In this document: positions 21,274-34,600 of the stretch, piece after piece
How the letters are laid out: every line of letters starts with the position of its first letter
Numbering within the stretch: the first letter of the stretch is position 1
NCBI GenBank assembly: GCA_902540545.1
Contig: CACBMY010000001.1
Location: forward strand, 41,077 to 105,076
Source of the DNA: an uncultured Pelagibacteraceae bacterium
GTDB taxonomy: Bacteria; Pseudomonadota; Alphaproteobacteria; Pelagibacterales; Pelagibacteraceae
DNA length: 64,000 bases
Reading direction: 5' to 3'
Position numbers and translations under genes: made by a program
The notes under the pieces: model-generated
The model's input: the letters and a program-made list of their open reading frames with translations, nothing else
Database searches by the model: none
What the model was told of the DNA's origin: nothing

Positions 21274-23082
21274 CTACTCTTTGTTTATCCTTAGAACACC
21301 TATAAATGCCTCTTGTGGAATCTCAACTTTTCCAAATTGCTTAGCTCTAGCTTTACCTTTTTTCTGTTTTTCGATTAGTTTTCTTTTTCTATCTGTCGCT
21401 CCACCTCCATGAATTTTTGTTAACACATCTTTTTTAAAACCTTTGATAGTTTCTCTAGCAATAATTTTACCACCAATAGCAGCTTGGATTGGTATCATAA
21501 AGTTGTGCCTTGGAATTAAATCTTTTAATTTTTCACATACTTCTCTACCTGTAGTTTGAGCAAAATCTTTATGTATCATCATTGCAAGAGCATCAACAGG
21601 TTCAGAGTTTACAAGTATATTCATTTTTACAAGATCTCCTTCTTTGTGATCAATAATATCATAATCAAAACTAGCATAACCGCTTGTCATAGATTTAAGA
21701 CGATCATTAAAATCAAATACGACTTCATTTAAAGGTATCTCATAATTAATTACTGCACGATTTCCTGAATAACTTAGATTAGTTTGTATACCTCTTTTAT
21801 TTTGACACAACTTAATAATTGATCCCAAATACTGATCTGGAGTGATGATTGTAGCTTTAATCCATGGTTCTTCTATTAATTTTATATAAGTAGGGTCAGG
21901 CAAATTTGAGGGATTTTGAAGTTCAATAATTTCACCATTATTTAAGTGAACTTTATAAACAACGCCAGGTGTTGTAGTTAATAAATTAATATCAAATTCT
22001 CTTTCAAGCCTTTCTGTGATTATTTCAAGATGTAAGAGACCTAAAAATCCACATCTAAAACCAAGTCCTAAGGCAGATGATGACTCTGCTTCATAAGAAA
22101 AACTTGCATCATTTAATTGTAATTTAGCAAGTCCATCTTTTAACTTTTGATATTCTGAACTATCTACAGGAAATAAACCACAAAAAACTACCGGTTTACT
22201 AGGTTTGAAACCTGGTAATGCATCTTGGAGAGGGTTTTCTGCATCGCATATAGTGTCTCCAACTTTAGTTTCTGATAAAATTTTAATACCAGTTGTAATA
22301 AAACCTATTTCTCCAGCATTAAGTTCCCTTACATCTTTTGCCTTAGGAGTAAAAACACCAACTTTTTCTACAATATATTCTTGATTTGTAGACATCATTT
22401 TTATTTTCATATTTTTTTTTAGTTTTCCGTCTATAATTCTCACTAATATAACTACTCCAAGATACGTGTCATACCAGCTATCAACTAATAAACATTTTAA
22501 TTTGCTATTTTTTTCGCCTTTAGGTCCAGGCAAAGAGTTAATAATTTGCTCAAGAATTTCATCTATTCCTTGTCCAGTTTTTCCAGAGCAAGGAACAGAA
22601 TTAGATGTATCTATCCCAATAACATCCTCGATTTGATTATTTGTTCTCTCAAGATCAGATGCTGGTAGATCAATTTTATTTAATACTGGAATAATCTCAT
22701 GATTTATATCAAGCGCTTGATATACATTTGCAAGCGTTTGAGCTTCTACCCCTTGAGTACTATCTACAATTAATATTGAGCCCTCACACGCATAAAGGCT
22801 TCTACTAACTTCATAACTAAAATCTACATGTCCTGGGGTGTCTATAATATTTAAAATATAATTTTTACCATTTTTAGCTTTATAATTTAATTTAACTGTT
22901 TGTGCTTTAATTGTTATCCCCCTCTCTCTTTCTATATCCATGGAGTCAAGCACCTGAGATTTCATTTCTCTATCACTCAAACCTCCACATTTATGAATTA
23001 TTCTGTCAGCTATAGTTGATTTACCATGATCTATATGAGCTATAATTGCAAAATTCCTAATGTTGTCTATTGTATCACCCAT
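21274..23082 (-). CDS. lepA: Translation elongation factor 4
   Basis: [40 protein letters not shown]. Confidence 0.98.
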   Translation of the reverse strand: MGDTIDNIRNFAIIAHIDHGKSTIADRIIHKCGGLSDREMKSQVLDSMDIERERGITIKAQTVKLNYKAKNGKNYILNIIDTPGHVDFSYEVSRSLYACEGSILIVDSTQGVEAQTLANVYQALDINHEIIPVLNKIDLPASDLERTNNQIEDVIGIDTSNSVPCSGKTGQGIDEILEQIINSLPGPKGEKNSKLKCLLVDSWYDTYLGVVILVRIIDGKLKKNMKIKMMSTNQEYIVEKVGVFTPKAKDVRELNAGEIGFITTGIKILSETKVGDTICDAENPLQDALPGFKPSKPVVFCGLFPVDSSEYQKLKDGLAKLQLNDASFSYEAESSSALGLGFRCGFLGLLHLEIITERLEREFDINLLTTTPGVVYKVHLNNGEIIELQNPSNLPDPTYIKLIEEPWIKATIITPDQYLGSIIKLCQNKRGIQTNLSYSGNRAVINYEIPLNEVVFDFNDRLKSMTSGYASFDYDIIDHKEGDLVKMNILVNSEPVDALAMMIHKDFAQTTGREVCEKLKDLIPRHNFMIPIQAAIGGKIIARETIKGFKKDVLTKIHGGGATDRKRKLIEKQKKGKARAKQFGKVEIPQEAFIGVLRINKE

Positions 23083-23084
23083 TT

Positions 23085-25490
23085 TTAGGATCTAATTTTT
23101 GCGCCAGACTTTGACTCAACCGAAGAGATAATTAGTTTATTAATTTTGTCCAGGTCATTTTCATTTAATGTTTTTTCATCTGACTGAATAGTTACATTGA
23201 CAGCTATAGATTTTTTTCCCTCTGGTATATTTTCTCCCTCGAATACATCAAATACTCTTACTGACTGAATTAATTTGTTGTCAACAGATTTAATTATATT
23301 AACTAATTCTTGAGATTTAAAATTTTTATTAATAATAAATGCAAAATCTCTCTCTGATTTTTGGAAATCAGAAAATTTATATTCAGATTTTAGATCTTTT
23401 ATCTTTTGTTTTGACTCTTTTATATAATCAAGACAAATTTCAAATATTACTAAACCTTCTGTTTTTATATCTAATTTTTTTATTAAGTTTGGATGTATTT
23501 CACCAAAATATGCAACAGCATTTTTTTCGTTTTTATTTTGGTACACTCCTCCAGATTTTCCTGGGTGATAGTAAGTAGGAGTTCTATCATCTATAAAGAT
23601 ATCATCTTTATTAATCCCTGCTTCACAAAGAGTTTGTATTAAATCTTTTTTTACATCGAATGTATCTACAATTCTCTCTTTATCATTCCAAGACAATCTT
23701 GAAACCTTTCCTGCTCTTACGGCACCTATCACTGTAAGTTGATCTCCAGGATTTTTTCCTTTAAAAGCTGGACCAATTTCAAATAAAGAAATATCTTTAA
23801 ATCCTCTATCTAAATTTTTCTTCAAATAAAACAATAAATTTGGAAAAATAGAATTTCTTAAAACATTTAGATCTGAACTAATCGGATTTACAATTGGTAT
23901 TTCTTCATCATTTTCTTTAAATAATTGATTAATTTTAGAGTCAGTAAATGACCATGTCACAGTCTCTAAATAACCTTTGGATGCGACAGATCTTTGTAAA
24001 AAATGAAATAATTTCTGATGATAATTAAGTGTTGGCTTTAATCTTGTCTTAACAGGTTCTGAAGTATTAATATGTTCATAACCTTTTATTCTCACTATTT
24101 CTTCAACAATATCTATTGGTTGAGTTATATCAGGTCTCCATGAAGGTATTGCTAGTTTTAAAATTTTTTTATTTTTAGATACATTAAAACCTAGCTTTTC
24201 TAGTATTTTGATTAATTCTTTATTTTCAACATTAAATCCAGTCGTTTTTTCAAAAAGAAATGGATCAAAATTTATTGTTGTTTTTTTATAAGTTTCAATT
24301 TTTTTTACATCTAAATTGCTTATTTCACCTCCACAAATTTGTTTTATTATCTCAGAAGCTTTTATTAATCCTTCTTCAATTGAAAGGGGATCTATGCCTC
24401 TTTCGAATCTGAATTTTGCATCTGTATCTATATTTAATTGTTTAGAGGTTTTTCTTATTGAACGCGGTAAAAAATAAGCAGATTCTAATAATATGTTTTT
24501 AGTAGAATATTCTGTTCCAGATCTTGTCCCACCAATTATGCCGCCAAGACCAAGGACTCCAGATCTGTCAGAAATAACACACATATCATTTTCTAAAATA
24601 TATTTTTTATTATCTAAGGCTTCGAAGCTTTCTCCTTTAGAAGAACTTCTAACAATAATTTCATTATCTATTTTATCTGCATCATAAGCGTGTAATGGTC
24701 TATTTAAATCAAACATTACATAATTAGTAATATCAACTATCGCAGATATTGGTTTTTGTCCTAAAGACAGAATTTTATCTTTTAGCCATTTTGGACTCTC
24801 TTTATTTGTTACACCTTTTATTAAACAACTTCCAAATATTGTGCATCCTTGAGCTTTTTCTTTTTTTATTGTTACATTTATATTTTGATTACCTCTATAT
24901 TTTAAATTGGATTTTTTATTAATTTTTAATTTACCAGCACCAGCAGCAGATAAATCTCTAGCAATTCCTCTTACACCTAAACAATCTGGTCTATTAGGCG
25001 TAATTGATAAATCTATTACTTTTTCAGAAGTGTTTTTAAAATATTTTTCTCCAATTTTATTTGCATATTTGTTGTTTAATTCTATAATTCCATCACTTTC
25101 ATTGGATAATAGTAATTCTGACTCAGAACAAAGCATTCCATATGATGTTACACCTCTTATTTTACTTACAGATAGTTTCATCCGATTTTTAGGAATAATT
25201 GATCCTGGAGGTGCATAAACAGTCAAAAGACCATTTTTTGCATTTGGGGCTCCACATACTACTTCAATTGTTTTGTCGCTACCTATATCAACATCACATA
25301 ACTTCAATCTATCTGCATTTGGATGAGTTTTGGCATTTATAATTTTTGCAACAATAAATGTATCTAATTCAGATGTAGTACTCTCAAAACTTTCTACTTC
25401 TAGACCAATATTAGTTAATTTATCCATTATTTGATTATTGTTAAATTTTGTATCAAGATGGTTTTTTAACCAGTCAACTGTGAACTTCAT
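23085..25490 (-). CDS. pheT: Phenylalanine-tRNA ligase beta subunit
   Basis: [36 protein letters not shown]. Confidence 0.97.
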   Translation of the reverse strand: MKFTVDWLKNHLDTKFNNNQIMDKLTNIGLEVESFESTTSELDTFIVAKIINAKTHPNADRLKLCDVDIGSDKTIEVVCGAPNAKNGLLTVYAPPGSIIPKNRMKLSVSKIRGVTSYGMLCSESELLLSNESDGIIELNNKYANKIGEKYFKNTSEKVIDLSITPNRPDCLGVRGIARDLSAAGAGKLKINKKSNLKYRGNQNINVTIKKEKAQGCTIFGSCLIKGVTNKESPKWLKDKILSLGQKPISAIVDITNYVMFDLNRPLHAYDADKIDNEIIVRSSSKGESFEALDNKKYILENDMCVISDRSGVLGLGGIIGGTRSGTEYSTKNILLESAYFLPRSIRKTSKQLNIDTDAKFRFERGIDPLSIEEGLIKASEIIKQICGGEISNLDVKKIETYKKTTINFDPFLFEKTTGFNVENKELIKILEKLGFNVSKNKKILKLAIPSWRPDITQPIDIVEEIVRIKGYEHINTSEPVKTRLKPTLNYHQKLFHFLQRSVASKGYLETVTWSFTDSKINQLFKENDEEIPIVNPISSDLNVLRNSIFPNLLFYLKKNLDRGFKDISLFEIGPAFKGKNPGDQLTVIGAVRAGKVSRLSWNDKERIVDTFDVKKDLIQTLCEAGINKDDIFIDDRTPTYYHPGKSGGVYQNKNEKNAVAYFGEIHPNLIKKLDIKTEGLVIFEICLDYIKESKQKIKDLKSEYKFSDFQKSERDFAFIINKNFKSQELVNIIKSVDNKLIQSVRVFDVFEGENIPEGKKSIAVNVTIQSDEKTLNENDLDKINKLIISSVESKSGAKIRS

Positions 25491-26554
25491 CTACTTAGTC
25501 CTCTATAATTTGAAGGGACATCCAATGGATCAAAGCCAAAGTGACTTAACCATCTATAATCAGTCTCAAAAAAGGCTCTTAAATCATTAATTCCATATTT
25601 TAACATTCCAAGTCTGTCTATGCCAATTCCAAAGGCATATCCTTGATATTTACTTGGATTAACTTTTACATTTTTTAAAACATTTGGATGAACCATCCCA
25701 CAGCCTAGAATTTCTAACCATTTATTACCTTCACCAATTACTATCTTTCCATTTTTAATTTCATATCCTATATCCACTTCTGCTGAAGGTTCCGTAAATG
25801 GAAAATGACTTGGCCTGAATCTCATTTTAATTTTATCAACTTCAAAAAACTCCTTAATAAAATAATTTAAACATCCTTTTAAATGTCCCATATTTATATT
25901 CTTATCTATATGAAGTCCCTCAACTTGATGAAACATCGGAGCATGGGTTTGATCACTATCTGATCTGTAAGTTCGTCCTGGAGCAATAATTTTAAAAGGA
26001 GGTTTACCTTTTAGCATAGTTCTTACCTGAACTGGAGATGTGTGAGTTCTCAAAAGTAATTCCTTATTATTATCAAGATAAAAAGTATCATGCATATCTC
26101 TAGCTGGATGGTTATCTGGTGTATTTAATGCTGTAAAATTATTATATTCATTTTCTACATCTGGGCCTTCCTCAACACTAAATCCTATTTCAGAAAATAT
26201 AGATGAAATTTCATCTATTACCTGGGAGACTGGATGAATTTTACCAATTTCAATATTTCTTTCTGGAAGAGTTACATCAATTTTTTCTTTCTCAAGCTTT
26301 AAATTAATTTCTTTAGTTTCAATTTCTTGAATTTTGATTGATATTTTATTTTGAAGTTCATCTTTAATATTATTTAAATCTGAGGCTAATTTTTTTCTCT
26401 CCTCTACAGAAATCGAACCTAATTTTTTAAATTCGTTCGATATAATTCCATTTTTTCCAAATAGTTCTGATTTGATGTTATTTACTTTTTCAATGTTATT
26501 TTCTGTATTAAGCTTATCGATATAATCATCTTTTATTTTTTTAATATCAGACAT
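25487..26554 (-). CDS. pheS: Phenylalanine-tRNA ligase alpha subunit
   Basis: [34 protein letters not shown]. Confidence 0.98.
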   Translation of the reverse strand: MSDIKKIKDDYIDKLNTENNIEKVNNIKSELFGKNGIISNEFKKLGSISVEERKKLASDLNNIKDELQNKISIKIQEIETKEINLKLEKEKIDVTLPERNIEIGKIHPVSQVIDEISSIFSEIGFSVEEGPDVENEYNNFTALNTPDNHPARDMHDTFYLDNNKELLLRTHTSPVQVRTMLKGKPPFKIIAPGRTYRSDSDQTHAPMFHQVEGLHIDKNINMGHLKGCLNYFIKEFFEVDKIKMRFRPSHFPFTEPSAEVDIGYEIKNGKIVIGEGNKWLEILGCGMVHPNVLKNVKVNPSKYQGYAFGIGIDRLGMLKYGINDLRAFFETDYRWLSHFGFDPLDVPSNYRGLSR

Positions 26555-26597
26555 TTTAATAGAATATTTGTTAAAGGAAGAAAAACAATAGTCTTGA

Positions 26598-26954
26598 TTA
26601 ATTTAATGCTGCTTGAGCCCTTTTAACTATAGTTTTGAATGCTTCGGGGTTATCGTAAGCAATTTCTGCAAGAATTTTTCTATCTAATTTAATTCCTGAT
26701 TTGCTTAAACCATTAATAAACTTTGAATATGTTATACCTTCAGATCTGACACCAGCATTAATTCTTTGTATCCACAGTGATTTGAAATCCCTTTTTTTAT
26801 TTCTTCTATCTCTATAAGCATACTGCATAGCTTTTTCCATTGCTTGTCTTGCAACTCTTATGGTATTTTTTCTTCTGCCCCACTGACCTTTAACAGCTTT
26901 TAAAACTTTTTTGTGTTTAGCTCTGCTTGTAACTCCTCTTTTAACTCTTGCCAT
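26598..26954 (-). CDS. rplT: 50S ribosomal protein L20
   Basis: [23 protein letters not shown]. Confidence 0.98.
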   Translation of the reverse strand: MARVKRGVTSRAKHKKVLKAVKGQWGRRKNTIRVARQAMEKAMQYAYRDRRNKKRDFKSLWIQRINAGVRSEGITYSKFINGLSKSGIKLDRKILAEIAYDNPEAFKTIVKRAQAALN

Positions 26955-26955
26955 T

Positions 26956-27162
26956 TTATCCTCTTAAGCTGTAAGGCATATAAGATTTTACTATCTTACC
27001 ATCTTGTTTGGATAAAACAGTTGTGCCTCTTTGTTTTCTAATTTGTGAATTCGTTCTTTTAATCATGCCGTGTCTTTTTCCAGCCTGTGGGGTAATAACC
27101 TTACCTTTAGCTGAGATTTTAAATCTTTTTTTAGCTGAACTTTTTGTTTTTAACTTAGGCAT
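26956..27162 (-). CDS. rpmI: 50S ribosomal protein L35
   Basis: [15 protein letters not shown]. Confidence 0.97.
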   Translation of the reverse strand: MPKLKTKSSAKKRFKISAKGKVITPQAGKRHGMIKRTNSQIRKQRGTTVLSKQDGKIVKSYMPYSLRG

Positions 27163-27214
27163 AATTTTCGGGGTTATACAAATATTAAATTAAATTTACA
27201 ACTAGAAATATGGC

Positions 27215-27760
27215 TTATAAAGGCTGGATTACCATAATCATTTGCTTTCCATCAAATTTTGGCTGAAGCTCTACCTTCCCAATAGTCTCCATGTCTGCCT
27301 TAATTTTATCCATTAATTCATTGCCAAGATTTGAATGTTGCAACTCTCTCCCTTTGAATCTTATTGTAAATTTGACTTTATCACCTTTTGCCAAAAATTT
27401 CTGAGCATTTTTAATTTTGAAAGTGTAGTCATGAACTTCAGTAACTGGCCTTAATTTTATTTCTTTTAATTCAATTTTCTTTTGTTTTTTTTTTGCTTTG
27501 TTAGCTTTTTTTTGTGCGTCGTATTTATATTTACCCATGTCCATAATTTTACAGACAGGGGGTTTTGCATTCGGAGCAATTTCAATTAAATCTAATCCTT
27601 CATTTTTTGCTTTATTGATAGCTTCATTTAAATTTAAAATTCCTAAATTTTCTCCATCACTTGCAATAACTTGAACTTCATTTGATGTAATCCTGTTGTT
27701 AGACCTTGGGCCTCTTGCTTTTGTTCTTTTTTGAAAATAATTTTGTTTAAAATCTGCCAC
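27215..27760 (-). CDS. infC: Translation initiation factor IF-3
   Basis: GLDLIEI, PPVCKIMD, KEIKLRP, GDKVK, FKGRE; GTG start abuts the thrS stop. Confidence 0.97.
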   Translation of the reverse strand: MADFKQNYFQKRTKARGPRSNNRITSNEVQVIASDGENLGILNLNEAINKAKNEGLDLIEIAPNAKPPVCKIMDMGKYKYDAQKKANKAKKKQKKIELKEIKLRPVTEVHDYTFKIKNAQKFLAKGDKVKFTIRFKGRELQHSNLGNELMDKIKADMETIGKVELQPKFDGKQMIMVIQPL

Positions 27761-29680
27761 TTAGATTGAAGGGGCTTTATTTAGATCGGAGTATTTTTTT
27801 ATAAATTCTTTCAAAGCCATATTTTCTTGTTTATTAGAATCCAATCTTCTAATAGTTACACTGTTGGAGTCAACTTCTTTTTTTCCACAAATCAATAACA
27901 TTGGTACTTTTGTTAAAGAATGATCTCTTATTTTATAATTTAAATTGTGATTTTTAAGATCTACCTCGACAATCAAACCAATCCGTTTTAATTCCTTAGC
28001 TACACTTTTAGCATATTCATCAAAATCACTAGAGATTGGAATAACTACTGCCTGTAAAGGTGATATCCAAAATGGCAGCTTGCCCGCATAATTCTCTATA
28101 AGGATACCAATGAACCTTTCTAAAGATCCAAATAATGCTCTGTGTAACATTACAGGTACTTTTTTAATTCCGTCTTTATCAACAAAAGAAGCTCCTAATC
28201 TACCTGGTAAATTTAAATCTACTTGCAAGGTTCCACACTGCCAATCTCTACCTATTGCATCTCTTAAAACAAATTCAATTTTTGGTCCATAAAATGCACC
28301 CTCACCTTTATTAATTGAGTACTCTAGCTTTGTCGCTTTGATTGCCTCTAACAACGCAGACTCTGATTTATCCCAAACTTTATCGTCGCCAACTCTTAAA
28401 TCTGGTCTATCTGAATATTTTAAAATAACATCTTCAAAACCAAGATCTTTATAAATTTCTAAAATTAAATTTGTAACACTCAAACATTCTTCGGTAATTT
28501 GTTCTTCTGTACAAAAAATATGTGCATCATCTTGAGTAAAGGCTCTTACACGTAATAATCCATGCAATGCACCTGATGGTTCATATCTATGAACTTTTCC
28601 AAATTCTGACATCTTTAAAGGTAAGTCTCTATAACTTTTAAGTCCTTGATTGAATACTTGAACACACCCAGGACAATTCATAGGTTTAATTGCAAATACT
28701 TTTTCATCTGGTGTAGTTGAAGTATACATATTAGCTCCAAATTTTTCCCAATGGCCAGATTTTTCCCACAAAGATCTATCAAGTATTTCTGGCGTATTTA
28801 TCTCTTTGTAACCATCGTGATCTTGTTTCATTCTCATATAAGAAACTAATTTTTGGAACAAATTCCATCCTTTCTGGTGCCAAAACACAGATCCAGGACT
28901 TTCTTCTCTAAAATGAAATAAATCCATCTCTTTTCCAATTTTTCTATGATCTCTTTTTTCTGCTTCCTCAATTCTCTGAAGGTAAAGGTCTAATTCTTTT
29001 TGAGTTGCCCAACTAGTACCATATATTCTTTGAAGCATTTCATTATTAGAGTCACCACGCCAATAAGCTCCAGATACTTTTGTCAGTTTAAAAGCCTTAC
29101 CTATTTTACCAGAAGATACTAAATGTGGACCTCTACATAAATCATGCCATGTTTCGCCATGATGATAAACCGTAAGTTCTTCGTTTTTAGGAATGCTCTC
29201 AATTATCTCAGCTTTGTATTTTTCTCCAATTTTTTTAAAATGACTTATTGCTTTATCTCTCTCCCAAACTTCTTTTCTTGTTTTTACATCTTTATCTATT
29301 ATCTCTGACATTTTTTTTTCAATTTTTTTTAAATCATCACTAGTAAAAGGCTCTTTTCTTGCAAAATCATAGTAAAATCCATTTTCTATAACTGGCCCAA
29401 TTGTTACCTGTGTGCCTGGGTATAGTTCTTGAACGGCCATAGCCATTACATGTGCAGTGTCATGTCTAATGACTTCTAAACCCTCAGGATCTTTAGCTGT
29501 AAATATTTCAATAGAACAATCTTGATCAATAACAGTATATAAATCTTTAAGTTCACCGTTTATGCTCATCACCAAAGCTTGCTTACCTAAAGACTTGCTA
29601 ATTTTTTCAGCAACCTCTGTGCCTGTTATATTTTTTTCAAAGTTTAATTTTTTTCCATCAGGTAATGTAATATTTGGCAT
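27761..29680 (-). CDS. thrS: Threonine-tRNA ligase
   Basis: DLCRGPH, RDHRKIG, KPMNCP, AFYGPK, WQCGT, GSLERF. Confidence 0.98.
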   Translation of the reverse strand: MPNITLPDGKKLNFEKNITGTEVAEKISKSLGKQALVMSINGELKDLYTVIDQDCSIEIFTAKDPEGLEVIRHDTAHVMAMAVQELYPGTQVTIGPVIENGFYYDFARKEPFTSDDLKKIEKKMSEIIDKDVKTRKEVWERDKAISHFKKIGEKYKAEIIESIPKNEELTVYHHGETWHDLCRGPHLVSSGKIGKAFKLTKVSGAYWRGDSNNEMLQRIYGTSWATQKELDLYLQRIEEAEKRDHRKIGKEMDLFHFREESPGSVFWHQKGWNLFQKLVSYMRMKQDHDGYKEINTPEILDRSLWEKSGHWEKFGANMYTSTTPDEKVFAIKPMNCPGCVQVFNQGLKSYRDLPLKMSEFGKVHRYEPSGALHGLLRVRAFTQDDAHIFCTEEQITEECLSVTNLILEIYKDLGFEDVILKYSDRPDLRVGDDKVWDKSESALLEAIKATKLEYSINKGEGAFYGPKIEFVLRDAIGRDWQCGTLQVDLNLPGRLGASFVDKDGIKKVPVMLHRALFGSLERFIGILIENYAGKLPFWISPLQAVVIPISSDFDEYAKSVAKELKRIGLIVEVDLKNHNLNYKIRDHSLTKVPMLLICGKKEVDSNSVTIRRLDSNKQENMALKEFIKKYSDLNKAPSI

Positions 29681-30834
29681 TAGTTTATTAATTTTTTATA
29701 CTCTGAATAAGTAGAAAAACACATTTTTTCAACATTAAATTTTGAAACGACATTTTTTCTACCTTCTATGCCCATTTGCTTGATAGTCTGTTCATCTAAA
29801 TTCATAATTTCTATTAATTTTTTTGAAAGATCGTCAGAGTTATTTGCTTCAAATAAAAATCCTGTTTTATTTTCATTTATAGTCTCTTTTGATCCCCCAA
29901 TATTACTTGCAATAATTGGTTTTTTCATTGCCTGAGCCTCAACAGATATTCTTCCAAAGGCTTCTGGTTCTATAGATGAAGAAACTATAATGTCTGAAAC
30001 TTTGTAAGCTAGAGGCATATTTTTACAATGATCTATAAATTTTACTTGGCTAGTTAATCTGTACTGTTCAACTAACCTAATAAGTTTCTTTTTGTAAAGT
30101 TCTCTTCCTTGATCGCTCCCAAGGATAATTACATTAAATACCTCGTGTCCTAAATTAATATTTACTTTATTAATAGCATCTAAAAACATTTCTTGGCCTT
30201 TCCATTCTGTTAATCTTCCGGGCAATAGGACAGTTTTTCTCTCAATTTTAAGTCCCCATGATTTAAATAATTCATCTTCCTCTGTTTCTATAGTAGTTGA
30301 TGGATCAAAATAATCAGTATTAATACCTCTAAATATCACCAAGAATTTTTTTTTATCATTAAGGTATTCAGAGTAGTTTTCTTTAATATGTGAAAATATA
30401 AAATTAGACCCAGCAATAATTAAATCTGATCTCAACATTACAGAATTATATAATTTTTTTAATTTACTTTTAAAATTATATGTTCCATGAAATGTAGTTA
30501 CAAATTTACGTCGTGTGATTTTGGTAGCTAGCAAACAAGACCATGCAGGTGCTCTACTTCTCGCGTGGACAATATTAATTCCATAAAATAAAATTATTAA
30601 AGAAATAATTATTGAATTAAAAAAAACCAAAATGGGGTTTTTGGAATTAACAGGTAACCATATATATTTAACTTTTTTTTTATCTATAAACTTTGTTAAT
30701 TCACCACCGTTGCAAATTAAAAAAGATTTACAATCATTTTCATATAGATAGTGTGCGATATCATAACAACCTGTTTCTGCGCCACCGTATCCAAGTTTTG
30801 GTATAACTTGCAGAACTTTCAATTTTGGATGCAT
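29680..30834 (-). CDS. Glycosyltransferase family 4
   Basis: GGAE, VHARSRAPAW, TTFHG, PGRLTEWKGQ, EAFGRISVEAQA. Confidence 0.9.
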   Translation of the reverse strand: MHPKLKVLQVIPKLGYGGAETGCYDIAHYLYENDCKSFLICNGGELTKFIDKKKVKYIWLPVNSKNPILVFFNSIIISLIILFYGINIVHARSRAPAWSCLLATKITRRKFVTTFHGTYNFKSKLKKLYNSVMLRSDLIIAGSNFIFSHIKENYSEYLNDKKKFLVIFRGINTDYFDPSTTIETEEDELFKSWGLKIERKTVLLPGRLTEWKGQEMFLDAINKVNINLGHEVFNVIILGSDQGRELYKKKLIRLVEQYRLTSQVKFIDHCKNMPLAYKVSDIIVSSSIEPEAFGRISVEAQAMKKPIIASNIGGSKETINENKTGFLFEANNSDDLSKKLIEIMNLDEQTIKQMGIEGRKNVVSKFNVEKMCFSTYSEYKKLIN

Positions 30835-30876
30835 ATGGTAGAGTTATAATATTTCAAATCAATTTTAATACTTTAT

Positions 30877-31638
30877 ATGAAAAAATTTAAATTTCTAAAA
30901 ATTTCTAAAACAAAAAAACTAAGATATATAAGCAATTATTATAAGAAAAATCTTTATATTATATTTTTACCAGGTTTTGCATCCGATATAGAAGGAGATA
31001 AACCTAAAAGATTTTTAAACTATGCTAAAAAAAATAAATTGGGTTTTTTGGCACTAGAATATTCTGGATACGGAAAATCTTCAGGTGAGTTTACAAAAGG
31101 TAATATTTCCATTTGGGCAAATGATGCAAAACAGACTATTAAGAATATAGTTAAAAAAAATGATATAATTTTAATAGGTTCTAGTATGGGTGCTTGGATT
31201 TCCTTATTATTATTTAAATCAATTAAGAAACAGATTAAAGGCTTTATGGGAATTGGCTCTGCCCCAGAATTTTTAACAAGAATAATGTGGAAAAAATTTT
31301 CAAAAAAGACAAAGAGTGAAATTATCAAAAAAGGTATTAGTAAAATTAAAAATGGTGGGTATGAGTATCTCATAACTAATCAATTAATTAAAGATGGAAG
31401 AAAAAAACAAAATAAAGTTTTGAATGTTAATATTTCAATGAAAATACCTGTTACTATGGTTCATGGTCAAAAAGATGAAGTTGTACCAATTAAATACTCA
31501 AGAGAAGTCTTAAAAATCTTCAGCAAAGCAAAAAAAAAATTAAATATAATTAAGAAGGGTGACCATAGTCTCTCGTCAAAAAAAAATCTAAATATTATTT
31601 GTAAAGAGTTAGATAATATTATTAAAAATACTAACTAG
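30877..31638 (+). CDS. Alpha/beta hydrolase
   Basis: YSGYGKS, nucleophile elbow GSSMG, HGQKD, GDH. Confidence 0.88.
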   Translation: MKKFKFLKISKTKKLRYISNYYKKNLYIIFLPGFASDIEGDKPKRFLNYAKKNKLGFLALEYSGYGKSSGEFTKGNISIWANDAKQTIKNIVKKNDIILIGSSMGAWISLLLFKSIKKQIKGFMGIGSAPEFLTRIMWKKFSKKTKSEIIKKGISKIKNGGYEYLITNQLIKDGRKKQNKVLNVNISMKIPVTMVHGQKDEVVPIKYSREVLKIFSKAKKKLNIIKKGDHSLSSKKNLNIICKELDNIIKNTN

Positions 31639-34600
31639 CTTGACCGACTAATTTTTTGTTTGATATAGGATTTTCTAACTTATCTAACATTTCTTTTGGA
31701 CAAACTTGGACGAAATTATTTATTTCATTTTCAAAATTCTCAACAATTTTTTTCGAGATTGTTGAATTTGTTTCTATCGCATGATCTTGAATTAATTTCC
31801 TTAGATGCTCAATCCAAAATTTAGTTTCTGGAGTTTGCCAAACTACACTTTCAGGATTTACTTTTTTATCAAATTTATTTTCAGGGTCATAAATAAATGC
31901 CATACCTCCTGTCATGCCAGCTCCAAAATTATCGCCAATATCTCCTAATATAATGATGTTTCCGCCTGTCATGTATTCACAACCATTTGAATCACAACCT
32001 TCTACTACTGCAGTTGCACCTGAATTTCTAACAGCAAATCTCTCTCCTGCTTGTCCTGCAGCTAATAATTTTCCTGAAGTAGCTCCATACAAAACAGTAT
32101 TTCCAATAATAGTATTTTCATTTGAAACAAGGTTGCTTTCATCTTGTAATTTAATAACAATAGTTCCACCTGATAATCCTTTGGCAACATAATCATTTGC
32201 ATCCCCTTTTAGAATTAGTTTTAATCCTTTAATAGCAAAAGCACCAAAGGATTGGCCTGCTGAACCTTTAAAATTTAATTCGATCGAATTTTCATCAAGA
32301 TTGTTATTTCCAAATTTTTTGTACAAATGATAAGAAATTCTAGTACCAACTGCTCTATCGGTATTTTGAATTTCAAATTCTTGATTTATTTTTTCTTTTT
32401 TATCTATTTTGTCTTCTATTTCTAACCATAATTTTTGATCTAAAGTATCTGGAACAGAATTAATTTCAGGTTTCTCACAATATCTTTTATTTTTTCCAGG
32501 ATCCGCCTGAACAAAAAGAGGATTTAAATCTAGATCATCTAAGTTTGGCGATCCTTTGCTTACTTGTCTTAGCAAGTCAGTTCTTCCAATTACTTCATTT
32601 AAAGATTTGAAACCTAGATCAGCAAGTATTTCTCTTACTTCCTCTGCTATAAATGTAAAAAGGTTTACTACTTTTTCAGGAGTTCCAGTGAATTTCTCTC
32701 TTAATTTATCATCTTGTGTGCAAACACCCACTGGACATGTATTTGAATGACATTGTCTGACCATTATACATCCCATTGCTACTAAAGCAGTTGTTGCTAC
32801 GCCAAATTCTTCTGCCCCCATCATGGCTGCAATTACAACGTCTCTTCCTGTTTTTATTCCACCGTCAGTTCTAAGCGTCACTTGATGTCTCAAGTTATTT
32901 AAAGTCAATACCTGATTTGCTTCTGTTAATCCCATTTCCCAAGGGACTCCAACATATTTAACGCTAGTCTGTGGAGTGGCTCCTGTACCTCCTGAGTGCC
33001 CTGAGATTAAAATTATGTCTGCTTTAGCTTTTGCAACTCCAGCAGCTATAGTTCCAATTCCTGATGAAGCAACTAATTTAACTCCAACCCTAGCCTTAGG
33101 ATTTATTTGTTTTAAATCATAAATTAATTGAGCTAGATCTTCTATTGAGTAAATATCATGATGTGGTGGAGGTGATATTAAAGTAACTCCTGGTGTGGAG
33201 TGTCTCAATCTCGCAATTTCATCCGTTACTTTAAAACCTGGTAATTGTCCACCTTCACCTGGTTTAGCGCCCTGTGCAATTTTGATTTCAATCTCATTAC
33301 AATTATTTAAGTAATTAATGGTTACTCCAAATCTAGCTGATGCAATTTGTTTAACCCTTGAATTTGCACTATCTCCATTATCCATAATCTTAAATCTTTT
33401 TTCATCTTCTCCACCTTCACCACTACAAGATGCACCTTTAATTCTGTTCATGCCAACAGCAAGAGTTTCATGTGCTTCTTTAGATAAAGCTCCATGAGAC
33501 ATACTTCCACTTCCAAATCTTTTTAATATATTGGATGCAGGCTCAACATTAGATATATCGATAGGATTTTTAGATTTAAAATCTACTAAATCTCTTAAAC
33601 TTATTGGATTTAGATTATAAATACCTTTTGTATATTTTTTATATATTTCATAGGATCCTTGTCCAACCGCAGTTTGTAGTAAATGAATTAGTTTACCTTG
33701 ATACTGATGTGTTTCGCCATTTTTTCTATATCTGTAAATACCTCCAATAGGTAAAATATTTGAATTATTGAAAAATGCTTCTTCGTGTATAGTTCTAATT
33801 TTCTTTTCTATTCCTTTTAAACCAATTCCAGAAATCTTTGATAACATCCCAGGAAAGTAATCTTTCACAATTGTTCTGCTTAGTCCCACAGTTTCAAAAT
33901 TACATCCGCCTCTGTAAGAACTTAAAACAGAAATTCCCATTTTAGACATTATTTTAAGAAGACCGAGATTGACTGATTTAATGTATCTTGAAATACATTC
34001 ATCAAAAGTGAAATTTCCAAATAATTTCTTAGAATGTCTTTGATATAAGCTATCAAAAGCTAAATAAGGGTTCACTGTAGTAGCACCAACACCAATTAAT
34101 GTTGCAAAAGAGTGAGTATCTAAAGCGTCTCCAGTTTGAACATTAATAGAAACATAACCTCTTAAACCTAATTTAACTAAGTGTGTATTTATTGCCCCTA
34201 TACATAAAAGCATCGGCATTGGCATTCTATTTTCTGAAATATTTTTATCTGATAATATTATTTGTTTAATTCCCTCTCTAACAGCTTGTTCAGATTTAAC
34301 TTTGAGTAAATTTATTGATGTCTCTAAATCATCATCTTTGCTGAATGTACAATCTAAAACTTTATTATTATTTCCAAAGAATTTCAAAAATTTTTCAAAT
34401 TGTGCATTTGATAATATTGGACTATTTAAGACATAAATATTATCTTTAGTTAATTTACTAAAATCTAAAATATTACCAAGGTTTCCAAATCTTGTCTTTA
34501 AACTCATAACTTTATTTTCTCTTAGAGAGTCTATTGGTGGATTTGTAACCTGACTAAAGTTTTGTCTAAAGTAATGATATAGTGGTCTATATTTGTCAGA

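Noticed and set aside
21176-21412. ORF-track ORFs overlapping tRNAs (21176-21412, 44925-45269, 58530-58877)
   Set aside because: They are translations through tRNA genes and neighbouring real genes; the cloverleaf structures explain the sequence.
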